Below the pieces are notes generated by a model. The model was given only the letters and a program-made list of their open reading frames with translations. It was not told the DNA's origin and did not search any database. Positions 1 to 13,790 of a DNA stretch of 45,266 nt are shown in pieces. A program made the position numbers and the translations under genes. Every line of letters begins with the position of its first letter. The first letter of the stretch is position 1. The DNA is from Vicugna vicugna (taxonomy: Eukaryota). The stretch spans positions 3,564,686-3,609,951 of the forward strand of contig MU058337.1 of assembly GCA_013265495.1 (NCBI GenBank), read 5' to 3'.

Positions 1-461
1 TGGTTTCTTTAAACCTGCCATTTAGATAGACCTTCCCTAAGAACCCATTAGATGTTTTTTTCTTTTCTTTTCTTTTTTTACACTGGATGACTTAAGACAA
101 TGATGAACAAGGCATGGCAAATGTTTTCAGATTCACGGTCTGGTAGAAGTGAAAGACAAGTAACTTCACCCTAATAAAATGGAATACCTTTTTAAATATC
201 TGAGGGAGAAAACAGTTCCCCGTTCACCGGAGATACATGAGAAACGCATAGCTAGAGGAAATGCACAGAGGAAACACGTCATGAAATGACTCTCAAGTGA
301 TGCGTACGGCGGCAGGTTCAAGCTGGCTTACCCACTTACACTCTAAGCGGTCCCTCTCCTTTCATTCAGTGCTGATCTTTTGAACTATGCTGCTGTACCT
401 GGACATCTGGTCCTGATGTGGACTCCGGAATCCTCACTGGCTTCCTGCTGGGGGGCCTTAC

Positions 462-562
462 CTTTAACCAGACTGTCAGGATCTATCAGCCGTGAGTAGC
501 CCAGTCAGACTCCAGGTGAGGCTTTCCTCATCTTCTCGTCCTGTAGGCAAGTGGGGCTTCAC
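462..562 (-). other. Candidate non-coding (UTR/lncRNA) exon
   Basis: Minus strand reads cccttttgcag|GTGAAGCC...GGTTAAAG|gtaagg, a strong acceptor and donor 101 nt apart. All three frames contain stops. No transcript evidence. Confidence 0.3.
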
Positions 563-804
563 CTGCAAAAGGGAGTCATGTCATTCCTTTGAATGAACAA
601 AGTTGTGACATCCAACACTCTGTGGCTTTGTTTCTTACTATATACTCCATATCCCTACCAAACAAATATGAAAGTCCTAAATTGCAAGACAAATTTTTCC
701 TTATCCTCAATGGCAGTGTCCTCAACAGGGAGTTTTTTAAATTTGATTTCATTCTCTTCCTTCTTCAACTTTTTCACTTCCTCTTCTCTTTGCAGAAATC
801 ACAT

Positions 805-1085
805 GTCATCAGGGTGGAATTCAGATGCTACCTCCTCTGTGAGACTTCTATCAAGTACTCTCACCCTGCTTAGGACTGCTCCTACCGCCCCTTACAGCAG
901 TTGGTATTCGATCATTGCTTTTGTCATTGTCCAACTTACTACGTAAGTATCTGCCCTTCCTATATAGGCTAGAAGAAGTATGTGAGCAGGGGTTATTCTT
1001 TATTCTTGTATTCTGTAAGAATTCTAATATCTATTAACTGTTCCTTGAGTCCATCCATTCTTTTGTTCATTGAATAAATACGAAT
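805..1085 (+). mobile_element. L2 LINE 3' end remnant
   Basis: tcagatgctacctcctctgtgagac...tgtgagcagggg...ttgaataaatacgaat follows the L2 3' end layout. Confidence 0.6.
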
Positions 1086-2186
1086 TATTCCATATATATG
1101 TATGTATCTTCCTGGTAGTGAACTGAATTGAATTGTAACGTCTAGTACAGAAGGCAGTAGATTTTGTTTGTTTGTTTAGTAAGTTAATGGGGGAGAATAT
1201 AAAAATACAGGGCTTTTCCCCCACTTAAATCCAAAAATAATATACAACGAGATTTCTGGGCTCAAAGGGGAGAATCCAGGGCTTTATAATAAACCTTGTC
1301 ATTCAGCATAATAATACAAAAACCACAAAACCCTGTGCTTTTAAGATCCCAGTGCTTCTTGTTCAAATGTCATTTTAATTCTCAAATCAATTCCATGTGT
1401 TAATACGTTGGGATGAAGAGGTCCCACTGCTCTGCCCTTGAGGAGTTATGGGCATGTCTCTATTGCTTGAAATTCCAGACTGAAAACTGAAGTGTCCCAG
1501 AATGCTTTCAACAACAAAAAAATCTGATGCAGCTGTGTTTTTGATGCTTAAAAAAGGATCTTGTCATTGATTGTTTATATAGAAGACATTTTAGAAAGCT
1601 TGCACTTCCTCAGGCTTCAGGTCCCTGAAGAAAACAAAGGCCAAAGGCTGAAATAGAAGCAGCCTAGAGGTGGAAACGCTTACGGCTCTTGTCCTCCGTT
1701 GGGCTGAAGAGATCCAACATCCAGTGCTTTTTCCCTGGCTGACTACGCGGGCTAAGTCATCGGTGTATACATTTCATGTGGAGGTTCTGGCTTCCCAGGG
1801 TAAAGTAGGAGAAAAAAACATCTCAAAGGCAATCCCCAGAGGAAAAGTAAACTGTGGAATAATTTTCAGCATCCTCATATCAGAGGTAGCAGCATAGAGT
1901 TAAGGCTGACGAAAACACAGTGAAAATCAGTTGAGTCATGAAGGAAACCATTCTCTTCAGTAAACACAGGAAGAATGTGCTGTCCTCTAAATGCAGGAGT
2001 GTCATTCCTTTATCCACCTGCCCTCGGGAAAATACGGTATTTGAATGGTTTTCCCATAATGCTAATGAACCCATGCTAATTAATTGCCACGTTCTCATCT
2101 GGTGTCCGTGACTTCTAGCGTATGTTTTTGAGAAACATGACTGTGAACTTTGGATTTCAAAATGGAGTTTGTGTTTGGAGACCCTC

Positions 2187-2536
2187 TTTTTGTTTATTTG
2201 TTTTCTTTTTTTTTTTCTCTTAAAGTATAGTTGATTTACCATGTTGTCTTAGTTTCTGGTGTACAGCACAGCGATTCATTTTTACATATACATACGTATT
2301 CTTTTTCACTATAGGTTGTTACAAGAAACTGAATATAGTTCCATGTGCTATTTGGTAGGACCTTGTTGTTTACCTATTCTGTACATAGTAGTCTGTACCT
2401 GCTAATCCCAAACTCCCAATTTATCTCCTCCTCCCTCTTTTGCCCCTGGTAACCATGTTTGTTTTGTTTTTTTTTCTGTCTGAGTCTCTTTCTGTTTTGT
2501 AAATAAATGTGTTGGTGTCATTTTTTTTTAGATTCT
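2187..2536 (-). mobile_element. 5'-truncated LINE-1 3'UTR (cetartiodactyl type)
   Basis: T-rich tail followed by aagtatagttgatttac...tttctggtgtacagc...gctaatcccaaactcccaattta...ggtaaccat...tttagattc. TTTT/AA endonuclease-like site at the right end. Confidence 0.9.
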
Positions 2537-3324
2537 TTTTTAAAGAGTACAGCTCAAATAGGAGTTTTCTATCTATAATGGGGAAGTTCCCTAAAGTTCA
2601 TCTCACTATAAAGAGTGCTTAGAATTCAGTCATTTTCCATGGTAAATTTTCAACCTGTTTCTTCCTCTTGAGTACTCAGGAACTTACCAGCACATAGCTT
2701 CTCTCCTCCCATCTCAGATCACAAGGAGTAACAGACAATGGTACCCGAGGAACATGAATAACAAGAACAGTAGGGAAGTTCTCTGTCTCTGCCTTTTGAG
2801 TCTCTGATTAGGTGACAAGTATTCTGAGAGTATTCATTATTTTTGAGACTATTCATCTCTTCATAAAATGCTGGGGTTGAGTCACAAATGCACTGGCATC
2901 TTTCTGCCTCCAAGTTCAGATCTGATCCCCACTGCCTGGTGGCCTTAGCCAGTTCTTCTCTCTACCGTTGAACAAGACAGGCATCAACAATGGTTTCAGG
3001 AACGCCTGATGCCTCCTGTATTGATGTGTCCTACCCCAGCCTGCTTGCCGCAACGTTTCCTCAGTATACAACCATCTCGGCAGTTAGAGAAGCGTGTCCT
3101 CCAGTAGAGGCATAACTTTGTTAAACAAATAAACAGATGCATGCCCTCTCCCTGCTTTTGCTGGTTCAGTGGCACCTCCAGTACTCTGCCTCTTTTATGA
3201 TATGCACCCCATTCTTGCTCTCTCAGCCCCGGTCTGGTAGATCATGATACTCTGGGTACCTGCGATGCACACAATAATATGAGCACTCTCTGTAGACCCC
3301 AGCAGCAGCACACCTACGTCACGA

Positions 3325-3662
3325 TGTATTTCAGAGATGGCCAGCTGTGGCCCCAGACGGCCTTCCTCCTACACACCTGAGCGCCCAGGTAGTTACGCTT
3401 CCCAGCCTCCTCTGTTTTTGGATGTGGTGATGTCCCTGCCTTCTCACCAGTGGAAGGTGAGTGGTAAGGACTGGATTAGCCTCAGAACCTCACATTAAGA
3501 GGGCAGAGCTGCCTGCTAACACAGTTTCCTGGAATATTTCCAAGAGTAGAGCTCCACCCACCCTCTGTTATTACCCCAGGAAGAAATTACCTTTGATTTT
3601 GTTTGACTGACTGCGTTTGGAGGCTTGTGAGTTACAGCAGCGCAACCTCATCCTAATCCACA
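3325..3662 (+). mobile_element. MaLR LTR, MLT1 family (MLT1J-like)
   Basis: cagagatggccagctg...cttcccagcctcc...tgtggtgatgt...gttacagcagc...cctaatccaca resembles the MLT1 5' and 3' motifs. Confidence 0.7.
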
Positions 3663-5094
3663 CCCATAACGTGCACCATGTGAGCCACCGCCTCCTACTG
3701 CCCTCTGCGCAACTGAACTGAGTAGAGGTGAGCACAGGACACGCTTGAAAGACGTCGCCAAGAGAAAACCCTTGGGTGGTAGGTGGTGCTGTTTTCCTAA
3801 TCAGCCATGGTTTGAAGTGTGGAATATAGACTATTTTCATTATTTAGAAATTTATTAAATAGCATCTAATGATATTAATATTATATAGAAATATTTTTAT
3901 CAATATTTAGAAATATTAGGTGTTATTGAACTGAGATGCTTTGTATTTAAGAGTGAAAGGTGAGCACAGAATACATTACCTGCAAACTCTACAGTCTCTT
4001 GATATCATTTTAACTCATATTTGAGAGAGCAAGGGAGAGAGAGAGTTATGTCTGAGAACCAATCACATTTTTCAGACAGTGGAGCATAAAGAGAAAATGA
4101 AAGTAGGGGAGTTAACTAAATCCTAACATTCAGCATTTTAAAACTGTATTCTATTTCACTGGGTGTGTAATAAAAATTAATACTAGTAATATATATAATT
4201 TTAAAAATTATATGTGCTTACTGTAGAAATTAATTTTTTAAATACAGAATACTAAAACAGAGGGGACTCATCTTGCACAAGCTCTCCCATCCGAAGAGAC
4301 AAAGCAGCAACCTAGCAGTGCAAGAAGTCACAGATCGCAAGGAAGTTTCTTTGCAGTAAAGAAATTCTCTCCCTCTGAAGAAAACTTTAAAAAGTGATCG
4401 TCCTTCAAATGAGATACAGCTCCTTGCTTCATCCCATCCCCTTCTTTGAGAATAAATGTGATTTTGGGTCCCCATTCCATCTGCAATAATCTTGGTCTAC
4501 TATCCTCAACTTACACCAAGTTCAACTATGAAATTAAATCTGAGACATCGCATATAAACTGTCCTCTGCAACACCCTATTAATAAAACAAACAAAACACT
4601 ATTATTTGTAACCTGAATGTTCCTGGACTGTGGCCTTTGGGAAATTTCGCAAGGGACTGTTGCTCGTGTCAATCAGGAAAGGCTGTAAGCATCACCCAGT
4701 ATCTGACCTGTAACCAAGAAGGCAAAATAAAAGAGAAAAAATCTGCTTGCTCTTGCAGGACGGCTATCTCTATATCTCACACCTCAGGTATTTAAGGGCT
4801 TGTGTAAATAATCTGAACATTCCTAAAATTTAGGAGGGTCATGACTCCTTCTCAAGAACCATGCAATCTTACAGTTACTTGCATTCTGGGTAATGGTATT
4901 CAGGCCAAGTCACGTGGAGATTCTACTATGCAATCAGACATGAGAGCGTATACCCGAACTTTGACTTATAAAGGGGTAAATACCAAGTAATATGAGGTAA
5001 ATGTCCTTCAAGATCATCAGTCCTAACACTAACATTACTACAGCTACTGCTGATGATAATAAAAATTTTTTATAAGTGGTAATAAGAGGTTACA

Positions 5095-5290
5095 GAGTAA
5101 AGTCCTCACCATTTGTCCCACTAGGCTCTGTGCACTTCATTATCGGATCATTTAATCCTCATCCGAATCAACACTATAGTGTGGGTATTACTATTATCTC
5201 ATTTAACATAAGAGGAAAATGAGGTCAAAAGAGAGTAAGTGAGTTGGGCAAGGTAACATCTGCCCATGTCGTTACCAGGCCCCGGAAGAA
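5095..5290 (-). mobile_element. MIR SINE
   Basis: atttaatcctca...gaggaaaatgagg...gtaagtgagttgggcaaggtaaca, the reverse-complement MIR core. Confidence 0.7.
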
Positions 5291-6319
5291 TCTGGGCTGG
5301 GAAAGGACACCCAGCACTCCGAAGGCACTGGGAGGGGGTGCTGGAGCTGGGGGCATCACCTCGGGGACCGGGAAGAGGGGACAGAGGTGGCAGCAGCAGA
5401 TGGAGTTCTGAGCAGCCTTGAAGTCACACATTTGGAATAAGGCCAAGAACACTTGCCATTTTCCACAGCAGGACTTGGCTGCTTAGAAATAGAGAAGGAA
5501 TGATTTGGATTGAAATACCCCTAAAAGCCACTTAGTAAATAGTCTCAAACTCGGCTCTCTACATATTATAGGTTAAGTTTTGCTGATCAGAGCATGGATC
5601 AGCATCAGAACTGTCCGAGGCTGTTCACAAAGGATGCTTTATTTATTGAACTGAGAAATTCAATTCATAATTAAGAGGTTTTATGGTTGTAACTGAAAAA
5701 ATGACTTTTCCCCAGTTTTTCCCATCTATGTTCTCAGAGTACAAGTTAGACAAGGCACGTGCAGACTTCAGAATGCTATGCTTGGGAAGTATAGACCTCA
5801 AGACGTCTTAGAGCCCAGTCTGTGCCCACACCATCCTTTAAAGAAATTACATTTGACAATGATATGCCATCCATGTAACTAGAACATATGCTTTTTCTCT
5901 AATAATGTAGAAAATTGAATCAGTTTTCCACTTCATTTTGCACATGCAGACATTTTCCTAGTGGCCAAGTAATTAGACAGACACCAATTAAAGCATTTTC
6001 TGTTGTGGTATATCTGATCTTGGCCTGAATAACACTTAATGAGCAATGTGGCTCACTAAGTGAATTCACGAAAGGAATTATGCAAATGAGAACAAATAGC
6101 TAACTAGCATTAAAATAATTTACTTATGTTTTCCCACAGATCAATTACTATGGCAAAGGTTACTTTTATTTAATTTATAATAATCACTACTAATATATTT
6201 ATTCAACAGCCACAGGCCAATCTAATAAGCTATATAGAAGCATGGGATTATGTCTAATATATGATACTGTAGGCAAAAGACCACATTTTACCAAGCATGA
6301 TGCCAATAGCATATACGGG

Positions 6320-6620
6320 AGAAAGATCATGAGTTTAACTTTGACCTTTGGATATGCCTATAGATATCAAATGAATACATACGTCTACTTCAAGGTATTC
6401 ATAGAGATCTGTGTTAGAGATACAGTTTGAGAATCAGCAGTAATTTAACTATAAAGATGACTGCAACCACTCTTGGGAAAAATATTAATTAAGAAGTAAA
6501 AAAGAAGGCCTGTTGTAGAGGACTGAAAACTCAGTATTCACTGGTCAGAATCTGGCAGAATATTCAACAACAATAAAAAATATTGAGAAAGAGTGGCCAG
6601 AGAGGAAAGCAGAAAACTGG
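6320..6620 (-). mobile_element. L2 LINE fragment
   Basis: gagtttaactttgac...tagagatacagtttgagaatcagcag...gagaaagagtggccagagagg resembles antisense L2. Confidence 0.55.
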
Positions 6621-7026
6621 TAAAATTAGTAACTAGGGGTGACTTTGGTTCACATTACGGGGTTGGTTGTCTAGAGGGGATGGGGAAAGGATAGGCCCTA
6701 GTGCAATTTTCCTCTAAAGACTTCTCTGTTGGGAGCCTAAAATACACGTAAACACACGCACAGATGCGCACACATACACGCATGTGCCCCTGTGCCGTCA
6801 CCAGAGCCAGAGCCTACGAGGAGACCCTGAAAAGTGACTTGTGGGAAGGAAGTGAAAGTAGCCAATTCAATCCTGTTGGAAGGTCTTGCCAGATAATGAC
6901 CACAATAGAACCAGTGTATTTTATTTAGGTCACATGTAAGTATGATCATTAAAATAAAATGGAAAACAAGATTTGTTTGATTTGAGGCAAGACAGTCCCT
7001 GCACAATGCCAACAATAAATGGCAAA

Positions 7027-7280
7027 ATAATTACAGTTAACATTTACCGTGGACTTGTACACAAATGGAACTATATTAGTAGGCAGTTTTACTGTAAATT
7101 TCCAATGTAAATGTTTTAACGACCCCATGGGGTAGGGACTAATATGATGCTTTATAATATAATGCCCTTTTTAAAAAAAGAAATTGATGTTTACGGAACT
7201 TGAGTAATTTTCTCAAGATAACTAATACTGAAGCAGATCCAGATGTAGCTGACCTCAAATATCACACTTTTAAACATGTT
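7027..7280 (-). mobile_element. MIR SINE
   Basis: aacattta...aacgaccccatggggtagg...gaaattga...gagtaattttctcaagata...ctgacctcaaa...cttttaaac. Confidence 0.6.
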
Positions 7281-10157
7281 TACCATTGCATGAGCCTCGA
7301 CAGAGACAGAAGGAGACTAGGATGAAGCCTCTCCTTTAGAATCGCAGCCATAAAGTAACCCTGGCAATGGGTGCCTCCTCTTCCTTGGCGCCAGTCAAGG
7401 GAGATGAGGTTTCAAGTCAGCTCTCAAAGGACTGGGTGTGCAAAGCAATTAAATGTTTCACCTAAAGCAACGATTCTCCTCTCGGAATCACCGTGTGCTC
7501 CGTAACAGCCAGGGATTCTCAGTGGAAAGGATAAAAAATTAGAACACATGCCATTTATTTTTTGGTGATTTTAGTTTCTTTTCACATTTGTTTACATTCT
7601 CCAGGCTTATATTATTTAAAAATATGCATACTGCTCTATGTATGCCCTGTAACATCAGCTTGGATTTATTTACTCCATATCATCCTTGTTGTTGGTATAA
7701 ATATTTTCCTTCTTGTGGCATCAGTCTCTATGAACCAAACAGATCACTAACCGTGTAAAACGCATTTCTAATTTGGGTAATAATAATAATAATGACAGAA
7801 CATTCTAAAATGTAATATCTATTTTATTAAATTCACTCTGAATAAAAAGGACTCTTACATTAAATGCTATTAGGGAAAGAAGGAGAGAAATGGAGAGGGC
7901 ATTTAGGATGCGTGGAAGGAAATATTTTGTTTCATTTTAATACATCAAGATTAGAAAATAATCAACAGCTAAAATGTAATTTTCCCACATGAAAAATCCT
8001 GTCTGCTAAAAGAAAAGGTTGAAGTTATATAACTTAATAATAAACTGACATTAATGGGAATTTTTAATGTAAAAAAAAGGTCATTCACTTGCGATTTTTA
8101 TCTACACTTTTGGTGAAATTTACACAAATTCAGTTTCCTGATCCAAGCAGAAAAAATTTATTTCCTTTCCATTAGTATATTAATGGTAAGATTGGTCACA
8201 GAATTACACCTAACATGAGTTTTAGTCTTATAGTAAGCAAATATTTTAAATAGTCTCATACTCCATGTATCACCAAACTTCAGAAAAAGTATATTTTCTT
8301 AGAAATCATGTAGATGGGAAGAAATAGCATTAAGCTAGTCTTTTAAAAAATTGTCACACTGAGTTCTCCAAAGTAAAATTAAATTGTATCAGCTAAAATA
8401 TCTTTGTTTCTTTCGAGATTAGGACCTCAAAAAGGATTTATTTCTGTATCACAAATAAGAGCAATATTTGATCCTCAGTAGATTCTTAAAAACATTTTTA
8501 ATCTTAATTTATACTATTTTAAATTAGACAAAGGGAGGAAGAAGTTGTGGAGGAAGGGATTAGGGGAGAAAGATGAGACATAAAGAAAAATGTTGTCAAC
8601 AGTAGCATTTAGTTCTTGCCTGACTGGATACGAGTTTCATGTAATGATAAAGTTTTTATGTTACCATCTACAATAGTTTTCAAATTGCTCCTTCATAGTT
8701 TTTAGATCTTTGATTAATTTCAATATATACTCATCTGGTGTAACATATTTTAATCAAAATCATATTAAATTTACAAGATGATGAAAATAACGTGCCATGT
8801 TGCACAAGACAGGATTCTGGAAAAAGAAAGAACAAAGAATAATAAAAATTTGTGCCCCAGCTCAGTGTAATCTAGTGAGCCATAAGCTTTAATGAAACAA
8901 AGACACACAGAGTGTCATGAGACTGAAGAAATTTGTCTCCATAAAATGGAGCGAAATACTTTCAACTCCCTTTGTTCCAGTTGTGATTTCCCCAAGTACC
9001 TGTATCCTAAGCCGTCCTGTCCACTTAGAATGGCTGCGCCACGTTAAGGAACAGTACTGATAAATTAAAAGATAAGATCTCTCTCTGTTAACAAATCCTT
9101 TAGTATTGATTTTATCAATTAGTATATTTAAATTGGGTGCAACTTAAATCATTTCCTAAAAACAACTTCTTGTTGAATTAGCTGGCTAAACAGCATTCCT
9201 AGAACTTCACAGCTTAGGACGTGACCCTGAACCCACGGTGAATGGCCCAGAATCGTGGTTCTAAATGTGTGGCCACCCAGCTGGCCATTCTACCATCATG
9301 AATGAAGCAGCTATCAACTTAGAAAAATTTCTCTTCATGTCCTCTATTCTAATGCAATTTTTTCAAAAGAAAAGTTAAAAATATGAGAAATACTTCATAG
9401 AGCATGGAATTATGATTTAGATAGAATAGAAACATATTTACTCTATGCAATGCATTCCAACATCTTTTCTTTCCACACTGCTATCACTTCCAGTGCTTAG
9501 ATAACAGTATCATGGCAGAAGGGCTCAAAATCAGAGACCTTTTGTCAGAAATTTAGTGCTCTTCTTTCTTTATCTAGTTTTATCACTTTAGCCCCTAGAA
9601 CCAGCAATTTTTTCATCAGAGAATAAATATGAAGTGGAAGATCAAATTAAAACTAAAAAACAGCTTAATTTTTCTCTCAGATCATACACTTAGGGTAGAA
9701 AACTCTCAGGTAACTGAATTAGTAGTTGCCAAAACTTGCATAGTTTTAATATCTACTGAAGCTGTACAACGCAGGATTTAATTTTGTTATATAAACCAAT
9801 ATATTTAAAATGTACTGTGTTATAGTTCTATGATTGGCTTCCTGAAGGTCTTCCTAAAGAACTAATAATTGGAAAAGTATTAACTGAGAGGATATGTCAT
9901 TATCACAAGTGACAGCTCTACATGCCTCTTAATATACAAATATAAGTAAAGACATGTTATTTGCATTTCTCTTATGGAAATATTTAAAAATATGTTATAA
10001 TACAGGACTGGAATTTTAAAAACTCATAATGAACAGCACTGAGATCCTCTAATGCAAACACTATTGTATAATATTGATGATATATAATATTCTGAATTTA
10101 ATGATAAATTCAGAAATTATGATGAAAGAAAATCAATATTTTATCATGTACTTATCC

Positions 10158-10335
10158 TAACATTTATTCAACTCATTGCAAAAGCAGGCCTGCTAAAATA
10201 TCTGCTCTTTCATGAGAGCTGTGAGATATAAAAACTCTCAGAAATACCTGATTTTCCCTCAAGGATCACATAACCTGCTTCAAAATACAAGACACAGATC
10301 TCGACAGCCAGAGAACAGTGTGGCATCTGAAAGAA
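10158..10335 (-). mobile_element. L2 LINE 3' end remnant
   Basis: aacatttatt...cctcaaggatcacat...caagacac matches the antisense L2 tail pattern. Confidence 0.5.
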
Positions 10336-10535
10336 TGTGACGGTTCATCAATCAGGCTTCAGGGTGAAGTTTTCAGTTCTTTCTCAGATCTCATGATACC
10401 TCTAATGAGTGTACCCATTTAATTTTCACCTTCCTGATTAGCTATGCTTTCTCCACACTGTGAAGCCAATTGCTTGGGTCCCTGGAGGAAGGACAAGGTG
10501 TTCTAAAGCAGTTCCTCCGAAGGCTGACATTTACT

Positions 10536-10740
10536 GCATGAGTCAGAAAGGGTTCCTCTACGAAGAGCCAGCTGGTAAGCATTTTGGCTTCGTAGGGTGC
10601 AAAGTGTCTAGTCCTCAGCTCAGCTGCCGTAGGCGGAAGCGGCCTTAGACAACCAGAAACAAATGAGCATGGCTGTGTTTCAGCAAAAGTGTGCCTGCAG
10701 AACCAGGGCTGTCCTACCAGCGGTGGTGAATGCACCCCTG
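10536..10740. mobile_element. MER58A-like hAT-Charlie MITE
   Basis: gagccagctggtaagcattttggcttc...tagacaacc...aatgagcatggctgtgtttca...acccctg is collinear with the recalled MER58A consensus. Confidence 0.8.
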
Positions 10741-11699
10741 GTCCAGTGGGTCATCCTGGTCCTGATCCGATTTCATCTCCCATCTGGTTAGTTGGTGAGG
10801 AAGTCTCTTCTCTGACTGGAGTCACTCCCTAACCAGAAAATTGTTTTGTACCCAAACTTAAAAGAAATTAGGCTCTCTGATTTGTACAGAGTTTTCTGGA
10901 AGTTTTCTCCCTTCTCTATACGTCTTCCTCCATGGCTGGGCAACTGGTTTATCCCTGTTGATAACATCAGCCTGTGGCAGAGGCTCACTTCATCACTGAA
11001 TCTTGCGTCCAGATTTACCAGCAGTTGACCACTGACTTGCAGAAATCTCTCTTGAGCACACTGCCCTCTGTAAATCTCCTGAGCATTAGGCTCTTTAGAT
11101 TTTCATTTTAATTGTATCACGTCTCCACTTTTCTATAATAATTTGTCTTTCCCACCAGCTTCTTAAGTTGCTTCCCCAATTGTATCCATGGTCACTATGT
11201 CCTTACGTAAGTCACTTCTGCTCAAACACCAATGATGAAAACCCCGAAACAATAAATCAGGAGGGATGAAGGCATCTATTTTCCAAAATCTGTGCTAAAT
11301 GCTCTCTCTGTATAAGGGATTTAACACGTAGTAGGCGAGGTTGCAGATTACAGGATACACCTGTGCGAACGGTAAGCGTGTTCTCCCTTTCTGCTCATGC
11401 ACGGGTATCCCACATGCCCTTAAATTCTTCTCCAGACCTCAAGGAAACCAAAACTAAGATTCAAGGAGGCACAAATCTAAGAGTAACAGAGAAATGGAAC
11501 ATACTTGGCGAATTCACTACTAACAGAGACTAGAGAAGTGGGGTGTGAGCAGAGAGTGAAGTCTTTTGAGAAAGCCTCTACGGGGCTGGGATTCCTCTGA
11601 GCAGGACTCAAGGACCGTGAAGGATTAGAAAGGACTCAGCAAGGGGCTCTCCTGGAGTGTGCCTCCTGCTCCCCCCACACACATACCCAAACAGCTGAC

Positions 11700-11780
11700 A
11701 TCCCACAGGTGAGAAAACCTAGCACTCAGAGGTTAAACTCCAGGTCCAAGTCACACAGACCCTGACAGAAGCAGAATAAG
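11700..11780 (-). mobile_element. MIR core fragment
   Basis: acaggtgagaaaac...cagaggttaa...ccaagtcacacag. Confidence 0.5.
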
Positions 11781-11849
11781 TCACAAAGGCCATTTCACTC
11801 TTTTATGAATGAATGGAGGCAGAATTTTTTCAAATGCCTTTTCATTTAT

Positions 11850-12200
11850 TTTGATAATCTTATCATTTTACTCCTTAATTTGCTTATGTGCCAAACTACA
11901 TGAATGCGTTCTTAAACCAACCTTGCTTGGTTTAACTTTTCTTGGTCATACTCAATTACTCTTTTTAATATGTTGCTAAAATCATTTGCTAATATTCTGT
12001 CTTTTTTTTAGTTGGAATTCATGAAGGATAATTGTTGAACTATTTCTTTCCTTGCAATATCCTTGTCTGATGTTGGGATCGTGGTCATCTGGCCTCATAA
12101 AACAAGTTGGGGCATCCCTTCCCAATCTTCTGTTTTCTAAAGATGTTTGTATGAGTTTTGTATTAATTCTTTCTTAAACATTTGATAGAATTCACCTGCT
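11850..12200 (-). mobile_element. Ancient LINE-1 ORF2 fragment
   Basis: aaaccaaccttgc...atttgctaatatt...ctggcctcataaaacaagttgg...tttgatagaattcacc, antisense L1 ORF2 motifs. Confidence 0.8.
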
Positions 12201-12496
12201 ACAGATTGTCCCATTAAGCTACAAAAAATACATATCTATTTAGTAAAGCTAATTTTTAGATATAGCTTTCCAAATTACAAGTACACATACATATCTCTGG
12301 GTATAGGCAAAAAACAGAAAATAATGTTTTTGTCAAAGTGCACATTATTAAAACTACAGTACAATCTAAAACAGAGGGCATGTTCTGGCATTGACAGAAA
12401 CACTAATGCACAATGGATTATTTTTCTGCATGAATTTTTAAATTGTAATATATTTTATGTAAATAAGATTTATAATCTTATAGACACACTTCTCTA

Positions 12497-12915
12497 CAGG
12501 TATCCCCACTTTTTATACTGTTTCACTTTGATGAAAGATCTACATTTGCACCTGTTTTTGCTAACCAAAAGAAACCAGCAGAGGATTTTCACTTTTATAA
12601 AAAAAAAATGTGAAAAGTGAAAATAGCCTTCAGCATTTGTCTTTCAAGGTGTGGCTGTAGAGGCAGGGACAGCATACACCAGAGCAGGGAGAGGGGCCCC
12701 GCCATGCTCCTTCCCCAGCAAGTACACTCAGCTTCTCAGCATCAAGCTCCCAGAGCTCTGATCTGTGTCTCTGAGCATCCGTGCTTTATCTCAATTTATT
12801 TTCTGCATCCGTTAGCAAGATGTGCCCCGAGGTAATGGTTTCTTCCCTTTAAGTCATTTCAGCATATGGACTGTTTCATAGGAACGTTCTATGTTAGGAC
12901 AGAGGGGGAAACCTG
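12497..12915. mobile_element. TcMar-Tigger non-autonomous element (Tigger6-like)
   Basis: Terminal inverted repeats caggtatcccc / gggggaaacctg, left TA target at 12495-12496 (right side reads TC). Internal sequence fits the recalled Tigger6 MITE consensus. Confidence 0.85.
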
Positions 12916-13259
12916 TCCTCAAGATCTGCTTCCAAAATGGGCCCATCAACATACGGTCTTGACTGAAAAGAAAGACGGCAATGCCAACTATAAAATGAGT
13001 GCAGCAACAATTTTACTGTTTCTTTCACTCTTCATTCCTCTTCTTTTTTTTTTTTTTCTTGTTGTGAGGATACTTAACATTTATTTTATCTATGCTAATG
13101 CTATGCTTCCTTAACTTACATGAATTGTAAAAAATGCATAAAAATAATTTGTTCTGCAGAAAATAGCATCAGTTGCACATAACATTATGCCATAAAAATT
13201 CAAAAAGCCAAGGCATATTCTCACATTACATTTCTGCCAAATTGGTTTCCATGCTGGTA

Positions 13260-13790
13260 AATGGAGGAATGACTGATCTGCTGCTGACTAAAAATCTACA
13301 GCCATTTTTTGTCCTAAGGGTGACAAGATGTCTCAACAGCGACTTTTCATTGGTAGCAAAATAATGCAGGAACTGGAAGAGAAAGGACTCTGATGAGAAT
13401 GACTTTACTAGACAAGAAATCAAACAAATTGCTATGGAAGGGATAATCAAAATAACAGATGACTCTTAAAATGCAAATGCATTATCCATGCAAAATATGT
13501 CTAGGGAAGGCCAAGAAGCAGCTGGACCTACACAGTGTCAGAAAAGACACTTAAATTTGGAGAGTGTGATAACAGAGTATTTTTGCTCCACTTATCAAAT
13601 AATGACAGAACTGAATTCTCGGACATGCACCCTAAGTGTAGAGATGATATCTGAAAAGGCCCAAAACTTGAGCAAACGGAGTCACAGTGCAAAGGAAAAG
13701 ACTGATTTGAAGAGGTCTTCACCTCACAAAAGGGGGATACGTGGCGATGCAGCGATGACGATAATAACATGCTTGGAAGCACCTCGCCCT
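13260..13790 (+). mobile_element. Highly diverged CR1/L3 LINE fragment
   Basis: atgtctcaacagcga...taatgca...tgcatta...ttggagagtgtg...gaaaagactg loosely follow the CR1 3' region in order. Confidence 0.45.

Noticed and set aside
1591..1640. Minus-strand acceptor followed by G-GAC-CTG-AAG-CCT-GAG (kinase-like DLKPE)
   Set aside because: Continues EVQAF-stop, lacks the catalytic-loop Asn, and no other kinase exons are visible. Probably chance.
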